Source of the DNA: Desulfotalea psychrophila LSv54
Lineage (GTDB): Bacteria > Desulfobacterota > Desulfobulbia > Desulfobulbales > Desulfocapsaceae
Assembly: GCF_000025945.1 (NCBI RefSeq)
Contig: NC_006138.1
Coordinates: 3,330,001-3,362,000, forward strand
Direction: 5' to 3'
DNA length: 32,000 nt
The notes under the pieces are model-generated. The model worked only from the letters and a program-made list of their open reading frames with translations. It searched no databases and was not told the DNA's origin. Shown here piece after piece: positions 26,736 through 32,000 of this stretch; positions within the stretch are counted from its first letter, which is position 1; each line of letters begins with the position of its first letter. The translations under genes were made by a program, and so were the position numbers.

Positions 26736-27242
26736 ATGAAAGAGAAAGAAAGCTTAAGTGCAAGCCTCGAAGATTACATTGAAATAATATACCACATCAT
26801 TGAAGATAAGCTCGTTGCCCGTAGTAAAGAAATTGCCGCAGCGATGAAGGTAAGTCGAGCTTCTGTAACCGAGGCATTGCGGGCACTTTCTAAAAGAGGA
26901 CTCATCAACTACGCGCCCTATGAGGCAATCACCCTTACTGAAAAGGGTAAGATCGTAGCCGAAGATGTTATCTTCCGCCACCAATCCCTTAAACGATTTT
27001 TCGTTGAGGTGCTGGCCATTGAAGAGGGTATTTCCGAAGAGGCCGCCTGTCGGATTGAACATGCCGCGCCACCAGAAGTAATTGAGAAGATGGTGAACTT
27101 CATTGAATTTATGCAGGTATGCCCACGGGGCGGAGAAGAACTCATTCGGGGTTTTGCTCAGTTTTGCCAAAATGGCAAGCAAGCCGACAACTGTGATGGT
27201 TGCATTGCCGGCTGTTCGGGACCAATACTACCGCAAAGTTAA
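26736..27242 (+). CDS. DtxR/MntR family metal-dependent transcriptional regulator with a Cys-rich C-terminal tail
   Basis: Track ORF 26658..27242. I prefer the ATG at 26736 (MKEKESLSASLEDYIEIIYHI...), because family members begin close to the S-x-EDY-[IL] motif. It has an HTH and a dimerisation/metal-binding region (RHQSL..., ACRIEHA). The tail has 6 Cys (CPRGG..FCQNG..NCDGCIAGC). No clear RBS is present at either start. Confidence 0.82.
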   Translation: MKEKESLSASLEDYIEIIYHIIEDKLVARSKEIAAAMKVSRASVTEALRALSKRGLINYAPYEAITLTEKGKIVAEDVIFRHQSLKRFFVEVLAIEEGISEEAACRIEHAAPPEVIEKMVNFIEFMQVCPRGGEELIRGFAQFCQNGKQADNCDGCIAGCSGPILPQS

Positions 27243-27463
27243 ATGCTCTCCCCTATTATTCTGACAATTTCGCCGTCTCTTGGAAATCGTTTCAAGCCAA
27301 GCTTAGAAAAAATAAGTTTGCCATCAACGGTAATTTCATAGGCTCCGCCGAGGGACGGCTTTATCTCAACCTCGGCAGCAAATTCCCCTACCAACTCCTC
27401 TTCCAAACTGGAAGCACGGTTCAGATAGTTTCAGCGAGTACAGTATTCAATAGAGACCTTCAT
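27239..27463 (-). CDS. SelW-like / Rdx family selenoprotein, 74 codons, in-frame TGA (Sec) at codon 11 within a CxxU motif
   Basis: My own translation of the minus strand gives MKVSIEYCTR-U-NYLNRASSLEEELVGEFAAEVEIKPSLGGAYEITVDGKLIFSKLGLKRFPRDGEIVRIIGESI*. The ATG is at 27463, with an AAGGAG RBS 7 nt upstream. The TGA is the complement of 27431..27433 and the TAA stop is at 27239..27241. The pattern IEYC-x-x-[CU]...RA..L...L....G.[FY]E[IV].V.G.LI[FY]SK...RFP is the Rdx (SelW/SelT/SelH) fold signature. The gene is missing from the ORF track because of the TGA. Confidence 0.8.
27400..27414 (-). promoter_or_regulatory. Candidate bacterial SECIS hairpin downstream of the in-frame UGA
   Basis: On the minus-strand RNA, 16 nt after the UGA, lies CUUCC-AGUUU-GGAAG. 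It can also be drawn as a 6-bp stem with a GUU loop. The apical loop contains GU, as in bacterial SECIS models. The stem is short and I found no clear lower-stem extension. Confidence 0.45.
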
Positions 27464-27553
27464 ATCTTGCTCCTTATCTTTCAGATTATTCACAACACTT
27501 CAGAGAACTATTCCCTAAAGAGATCTTACAAAATACACCTACTCAGATATACA

Positions 27554-27590
27554 GAGGAGGATTGAACAGAACAAGCTGTTTCTCCTCCTC
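27554..27590 (-). terminator. Hairpin between the GNAT gene and the SelW-like gene (terminator-like, no U-tract)
   Basis: GAGGAGGA (27554..27561) pairs with TCCTCCTC (27583..27590), an 8-bp perfect stem. The 21-nt loop contains an inner AACAG/CTGTT pairing. On the minus strand it begins 5 nt after the GNAT stop. Confidence 0.35.
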
Positions 27591-27595
27591 CCCTG

Positions 27596-28093
27596 CTAGA
27601 TCGAGAATCTCTCCACCGTCGTCCTTTGCGAGCCCGTTGAGCGTTGCTCAGGATCACAATAGCTTGTCACAAACTCAAACCCCGCCTTACGCATCATTCC
27701 TGCCGAGGCAAGGTTCTCCTCGTGACGCCAAGCATAAAGAGAGGAAAAGCCTCCTGCCCGCGCCTCTGCAACGCAGCGCCGGAGCAACTCCGCCCCCAGA
27801 CCATTACCCGCATGGTCGTCACTCACCACAACCTCGGCCACAAAACAGATCCTAGCCAGATCATCATACTCAGCCAGCGCCTCAGGACAGGCCTCACCAC
27901 GAATAAGAAGGGCAAATCCCGCCAACTGAACGCCAGCAAAGACGCAGAGAGCAAGAGCATCGCCTGAGATGATCAGGGCGAACTCTTCGGACAACCCCTC
28001 TGCCGGTAAATAATTCCACTGATTAACACCATGTTCCTGAATAAATTCCTGCAAGAAGGGGATCTCCCCCTGCCTGGCCTCTCTATAATCCAT
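27596..28093 (-). CDS. GNAT family N-acetyltransferase
   Basis: The 165-aa ORF has an acetyl-CoA-binding-type segment, VVVSDDHAGNGLGAELLRRCVAEARAGG (Q/R-x-x-G-x-G/A pattern), followed by ...N..A..MMRKAGFE. A GGGAG RBS lies upstream. Confidence 0.85.
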   Translation of the reverse strand: MDYREARQGEIPFLQEFIQEHGVNQWNYLPAEGLSEEFALIISGDALALCVFAGVQLAGFALLIRGEACPEALAEYDDLARICFVAEVVVSDDHAGNGLGAELLRRCVAEARAGGFSSLYAWRHEENLASAGMMRKAGFEFVTSYCDPEQRSTGSQRTTVERFSI

Positions 28094-28385
28094 TATCGCT
28101 CCCTAAAGTGCTCTTCTCTCGGCCACGGCCGGTCCATTTTTTCCAAAAAATTAACAGAGAAACTGACAATAAGCAAATAGAGGAGTAAAGCTTACCAAGA
28201 GGTAATAAAAAAAATCATTTTTTTTGCCCTACAGGAAAACGTGCTAGCACAGCCTTTTTAGGTTATTTTATCCACGGAGGCCTCTTTTCACCCCTAAAAA
28301 AGAAGAAGAAGAGGTCATTTATCTATTGATATTAAAAACAAATAATGTTATTTCCTCTGGGCAGTTCCAAGAAACAACAATGAGT

Positions 28386-28470
<85 letters not shown>

Positions 28471-28488
28471 TTCGATTTTGCATAGCAA

Positions 28489-28563
28489 GCGGGAATAGCT
28501 CAATTGGTAAAGCATCAACCTTCCAAGCTGAGGGTTGCGAGTCGAGTCTCGTTTCCCGCTCCA
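28489..28563 (+). tRNA. tRNA-Gly (anticodon TCC), CCA encoded, with an irregular T-arm
   Basis: GCGGGAA-TA-GCTC-AATTGGTA-AAGC-A-TCAAC-CTTCCAA-GCTGA-GGGTT-GCGAG-TCGAGT-CTCGT-TTCCCGC-T-CCA. The acceptor, D-arm and anticodon arm fold normally. The exceptions are C13/A22 and A30/C40 mismatches, and a T-loop of only 6 nt. Confidence 0.8.
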
Positions 28564-28581
28564 TTTTTTAAATAGTTCGTT

Positions 28582-28657
<76 letters not shown>

Positions 28658-28766
28658 GTAATACCTCTTAGTACAACATCCAGTATTTCTCAGCGCGGTC
28701 TCTTTTTTCATTCTTATATAGTTTCAAAAACCCCACATTGCATCTCTGCGTCCACTCTCCACTTTC

Positions 28767-28780
28767 TATACAGCTGTATA
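28767..28780. repeat. Perfect 14-bp palindrome TATACAGCTGTATA in the spacer upstream of the SHOCT gene
   Basis: Read directly; the sequence is self-complementary over all 14 positions. It shares the ACAGCTGT core with the two copies at 12700 and 12719. Confidence 0.5.
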
Positions 28781-28964
28781 CTTATTACCCATCCCCTGTC
28801 CAAAAATCAACCAAGCCAGAGCAGAAGCACAAAAGCAAGTCATTAAAATAACGACACAATCCATTCTGGCTCCAAGCTTGCATTTCCCCATCACAGAAAC
28901 AGTTTAAAACAAGGAAAGCGTAAAAAAACGCCCCTTGAAAAGCTCATTACAGAGGGAGAGGCAC

Positions 28965-29198
28965 ATGTGGAATAACACCTGTCCAAATTGGGGCATGGGA
29001 AACGGCATCGGCGGGGGACTCGTGCAGATGCTCCTGTTGGCCCTGGTCATCTATATCGTCTATCAACTAGTTGCGTCCATCGCAGCTCGGCGTAGCACGG
29101 GCAATGGCGAGGCGGCACAAATACTGGCCAATCGCTACGCCCGGGGCGAGATCAGCGCCGAAGAGTTTAGCGAAATAAAAAAAGGCCTGAGCAAATAG
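28965..29198 (+). CDS. Small membrane protein with a C-terminal SHOCT domain
   Basis: Track ORF 28935..29198 starts at a TTG. I prefer the ATG at 28965, which has a GGGAGAG RBS. It has a Gly-rich N-terminus, one TM helix (LVQMLLLALVIYIVYQLV) and RYARGEISAEEFSEIKKGL, the SHOCT pattern. Confidence 0.7.
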   Translation: MWNNTCPNWGMGNGIGGGLVQMLLLALVIYIVYQLVASIAARRSTGNGEAAQILANRYARGEISAEEFSEIKKGLSK

Positions 29199-29216
29199 CA
29201 GGCGACAAGAGAAGCA

Positions 29217-29241
29217 GATGGGCAGGTTCTCTCTGCCCATC
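29217..29241. terminator. Perfect 9-bp hairpin between the convergent SHOCT and DUF364 genes
   Basis: GATGGGCAG (29217..29225) and CTGCCCATC (29233..29241) flank a 7-nt loop. There is no U-tract on either strand. Confidence 0.4.
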
Positions 29242-29256
29242 CCTCCTCACCACAAA

Positions 29257-30000
29257 TCACCAACAGACATTGACCTTGCCTACACTAGGACCAAAGGCCT
29301 GGGTGCCACCCGCCTCGACAACGGTATGGACTACCTTATCCCGATCCCGAACCCGGACACCAGCCGCGCAGGAGACGGGAGTATCCGCATAGCAATCGGC
29401 AAGCAGAGGAGTAGAGGGGCCAAGAACGGTCACATAGCGGCAATCTACCACATGGGTAAGAAGATCATCGAAGGTTTCATTGATAATAGAGGTACCGGTA
29501 ATAATGGCCACCTCACATGCCGGCAGAAGATAGGGAATAGCCTCAGGAGACTGAATACCGGAGAAGGCTGGCGGATGCTCATCAAAAATGATCAGCTCAG
29601 CACCACTCTTGCGGATGGGATTTACCAAGGGCGCAAAATTACCCACCATACCCACCTTCATACCTGGCTGCAGAGAAAAATTCTCAATAAAATCCCCCTG
29701 GGAACTGGGCTGAACATGGGGCGCAAAAACCGCATTAGCCACGGCCAGAGCAACGGAATTAGCCGTGGATCCCTGCCCGGCAAAGGCCAGTAACTCAGCA
29801 ACAGATGAGCCGGCCAGCGGCCGCTTGGGCAAGGGCACATGACAACCTGAACCTAGGGCATCCTTAAAGACAAAGGCCAAACCACAGCTACCATTTTCCA
29901 ACTCTGCTACGCAGTAAGAAAGACCAATAAAAACAGACTTCACCCGCAGATCACCGCCACGCGTCATAGCCTGCTGTGCCACTCTTTCAATAAATTTCAT
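29257..30000 (-). CDS. DUF4213 + DUF364 protein (Rossmann-like, so-called putative heavy-metal chelation domain)
   Basis: Track ORF 29257..30051. I prefer the ATG at 30000, which has an AAGGAGG RBS. The N-terminal part (VFIGLSYCVAELENGSCGLAF...SVALAVANAV) resembles DUF4213. GMKVGMVGNFAPLV...AELIIFD...VAIITGTSIINETFD resembles DUF364. Confidence 0.72.
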   Translation of the reverse strand: MKFIERVAQQAMTRGGDLRVKSVFIGLSYCVAELENGSCGLAFVFKDALGSGCHVPLPKRPLAGSSVAELLAFAGQGSTANSVALAVANAVFAPHVQPSSQGDFIENFSLQPGMKVGMVGNFAPLVNPIRKSGAELIIFDEHPPAFSGIQSPEAIPYLLPACEVAIITGTSIINETFDDLLTHVVDCRYVTVLGPSTPLLADCYADTPVSCAAGVRVRDRDKVVHTVVEAGGTQAFGPSVGKVNVCW

Positions 30001-30060
30001 CACTTCCTCCTTAAAAAAATGCAGGATACATCTCATAGAATAAAGTAGCAAACTAAAATC

Positions 30061-31326
30061 CTAACGAATTTCGCCCACCATCAGGGGAGGATCGAGGAGT
30101 TGCGGGGCGAAAAATTCCTCACCCTCCTCATCGAGGAGAGACTGCATACAGTCAGCAAGCCCCCCACCAATCTCTCCATAGCCCGGCAAGAGCTCAAGCT
30201 GTTTAAAAATATCACGGGCCTCCTGCCAATGATGATCAAGCCAGTAAATCTGGCCCGCCAAGAGAAAAGCCTGAACGCGTAGTCCATCCTTTTTATGGCG
30301 CAAGGCCTTCCCCCCTAACTGCCCGACAGAATTCGGAGCCAAGAGGCAGAGGTATCTCTGCTGAGGGAGAAGGCGCAGACAGGCAAGGGCCAGAGAATTT
30401 TGGCCAAGGGCATAGTGTATTCTGGCCCGGACATAGGAGGATTCCATGTTGGGCGGGTCGCCGAGCAGGTCAAGCCTGACCAAGGCCTGACTATACTGAC
30501 AGGAACGAATCAACTCCTCAACCTGAAGGAGGGTGGGCGCACCCACCTCCTGCACCCGAACCTCCTCGTTGAAGGCATGCTGAATGCCATAGAGGCGGCT
30601 CAGCATCTGAGTATTGCCGGGGCGAGAGACCAGGGCCTGAGCCACCTCAAGATAAGCCGTAGCACGAGGATATGCTCGCCGGTTCACTGCAATCTGGGCA
30701 AGAAGCTGCCAGTTACTCACCACAGTGGGAGCAAGACGGACCAGTTGCCTGCCACTCTCTTCTGCCGCTTTCCACCTCTGACGGGCTATCTGACAATGAA
30801 TCTGCAGGAGAAGCCAGTGCCCTTTAACAGCCGCACCGCTGGTCAGCCTGGAAATTGCCTCTTCCGCAGAGGAGAACTGGCCCAAACGATAATAGGCAAA
30901 GGCAAGATAGTAATAAGCTGGACTAAGCCCCCCTGCCTCGCCCTCAAGAGCAATCACCCTCTGAAAAGAGTTCAGGGCTGGCGCAAAGAGCTCCTGACCC
31001 ATCTGGGCCATGCCCAAATTATAACAAAAGTTTTTCTTAGCAGGATAGAGAGAAACAGCCTGCTGCCAGGTCTGCAGGGCCTTTGCGTCATTGCCGAGAA
31101 GGGCATAGGCAAGGCCTGCATAGGAGAGGGCAAAAGAGAGAGGCCTCTTCCTCGCCAGAAGGGGACGAAGCGTCTCCAGAGCCTCTGCCGGGGCCTCTTT
31201 CTGCAAACAGGCCTGGCTCTTTTCTAAAAGAGCATAGTCCCTTTGTGAGACATGCTCCTGGCCATAGAGGAGAGGAGCTGAAAGAAAAAAAACAAGAAAC
31301 ACAGTGAGAATGCGCATGGAGACCAT
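30061..31326 (-). CDS. Secreted/periplasmic tetratricopeptide-repeat (TPR) protein
   Basis: Track ORF 30061..31401 starts at a TTG that overlaps tonB. I prefer the ATG at 31326 or 31317. MRILTVFLVFFLSAPLLYGQE looks like a signal peptide. Multiple TPR-like A-x-x-x-Y/A-x-x-x-G helices follow (YYYLAFAYYRLGQFSSAEEA and others). Confidence 0.78.
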   Translation of the reverse strand: MVSMRILTVFLVFFLSAPLLYGQEHVSQRDYALLEKSQACLQKEAPAEALETLRPLLARKRPLSFALSYAGLAYALLGNDAKALQTWQQAVSLYPAKKNFCYNLGMAQMGQELFAPALNSFQRVIALEGEAGGLSPAYYYLAFAYYRLGQFSSAEEAISRLTSGAAVKGHWLLLQIHCQIARQRWKAAEESGRQLVRLAPTVVSNWQLLAQIAVNRRAYPRATAYLEVAQALVSRPGNTQMLSRLYGIQHAFNEEVRVQEVGAPTLLQVEELIRSCQYSQALVRLDLLGDPPNMESSYVRARIHYALGQNSLALACLRLLPQQRYLCLLAPNSVGQLGGKALRHKKDGLRVQAFLLAGQIYWLDHHWQEARDIFKQLELLPGYGEIGGGLADCMQSLLDEEGEEFFAPQLLDPPLMVGEIR

Positions 31327-31327
31327 C

Positions 31328-31987
31328 CTAGTCAAGGGTGAAGGAGAGGGGAATATCAACATAGACGGCCACCTTTTTTCCCTGATACCTGGCCGGAGCA
31401 AATTTCCACCTCTGCACCGTTTTCAGAGATACCCTTTCAAAGTAGCCCGGAGGATCAGCACTGATTATCTGCGCATCCCGGACAAGACCCGTAGCAGTCA
31501 CCAGACAACGAACAAGCACCTTGCCTTCCACCCCCTGGCCCTTGGCCTTTGCGGGATAGAGAGGTGGATAGTAGCGCAATAACTTAGGTGCCTGATCAAC
31601 ATTTGCCAGATCAAATATGCCGCCTGCGCCCATACCACTGAGCCCCGCTTTTCCCTGAGAAATATCCAGCACCGGCAGGCTGGCCGCCTGCATGGCTGGC
31701 AAGTTCATCTGCAGCGGGGCAAGGGCGATATCTATCTGCTCCATCTTCGCAGGAGGCCGGGGCAGAGGCTTTTTCAGCGTAGGCAGAGGCTTCACCTTCT
31801 CTCTTTTAATAATTTTCCTCTTTTCTGGCGGAGTATAGATGGAGGCCATAAGCTCTATGGGAGAGATGGGCTCCTGAGGGGGTGCCTGGGCACCACTCAT
31901 CATAAGAGGGGCAACAGAACAGAGAACTACTGTCACCAGAAGGGCACCCAAAAGAGCCAGACCATAACGTAAACAAACCTGCATCAT
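31328..31987 (-). CDS. tonB: TonB family energy-transducer protein
   Basis: It has an N-terminal TM anchor and a Pro/Lys-rich linker (KVKPLPTLKKPLPRPPAK). The C-terminal TonB domain is YPPLYPAKAKGQGVEGKVLVRCLV...G.V.DAQII...PGYFERVSLKTVQRWKFAPA. A GGGGAGG RBS lies upstream; the second ATG at 31984 is equally possible. Confidence 0.85.
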   Translation of the reverse strand: MMQVCLRYGLALLGALLVTVVLCSVAPLMMSGAQAPPQEPISPIELMASIYTPPEKRKIIKREKVKPLPTLKKPLPRPPAKMEQIDIALAPLQMNLPAMQAASLPVLDISQGKAGLSGMGAGGIFDLANVDQAPKLLRYYPPLYPAKAKGQGVEGKVLVRCLVTATGLVRDAQIISADPPGYFERVSLKTVQRWKFAPARYQGKKVAVYVDIPLSFTLD

Positions 31988-32000
31988 AGACCTCCCCCTA

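Noticed and set aside
27200-27565. 121-aa plus-strand ORF from the track, covering the DtxR-GNAT gap.
   Set aside because: It has no RBS and no recognisable motifs. It is the antisense shadow of the SelW-like gene, which explains the region much better.
28094-28385. A promoter for the tRNA operon (TTGATA-17-TATTTC at 28326..28354, or TTTATC-17-AATAAT at 28318..28346), and an A8-TCA-T8 palindrome at about 28209..28227.
   Set aside because: Both promoter candidates have one weak hexamer and I cannot choose between them. The A/T palindrome is pure homopolymer pairing and probably only reflects AT-rich UP-like DNA.

Overview
This is a chromosomal, mostly housekeeping window from a Gram-negative bacterium. 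Gene content and style suggest a Desulfobulbales-like or other anaerobic delta-type lineage, but that taxonomy is inference only. I found no CRISPR array, IS element, integrase or prophage signature.

Gene order, left to right:
- A minus-strand lipid A block: DUF1343/NamZ-like, lpxD, fabZ, lpxA, lpxI.
- metC and an orphan trpB.
- Two c-di-GMP genes (EAL-HDOD and PAS-PAS-PAS-GGDEF), each behind a long non-coding spacer.
- Class I fumarate hydratase.
- A U32 peptidase-family gene divergent from mnmA-mtaB.
- cinA-recA.
- An Lrp/AsnC regulator and a lysA-like decarboxylase.
- An orphan hypothetical gene.
- A minus-strand run: PP-loop ATPase, TrpR-like, SbmA-like, MscS.
- A DtxR/MntR-like regulator.
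- A GNAT acetyltransferase.
- A tRNA-Tyr/Gly/Thr trio.
- A SHOCT mini-protein.
- A minus-strand tonB - TPR - DUF364 string.

Main findings:
- The best hidden feature is a 74-codon SelW/Rdx-like selenoprotein gene at 27239..27463 (minus). It has an in-frame TGA inside a CxxU motif, a good RBS and a downstream hairpin. The ORF track misses it because of the TGA.
- The tRNA-Gly(UCC) has a 6-nt T-loop.
- Three anticodon-loop tRNA-modification genes sit together.
- The PP-loop/TrpR-like/SbmA-like string has no obvious functional rationale.
- An ACAGCTGT palindrome recurs in intergenic DNA.
- Several spacers are long and structured.

I could not identify a clear novel multi-gene system such as a defence island. 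All functional calls rest on my recognition of protein motifs, not on database searches.
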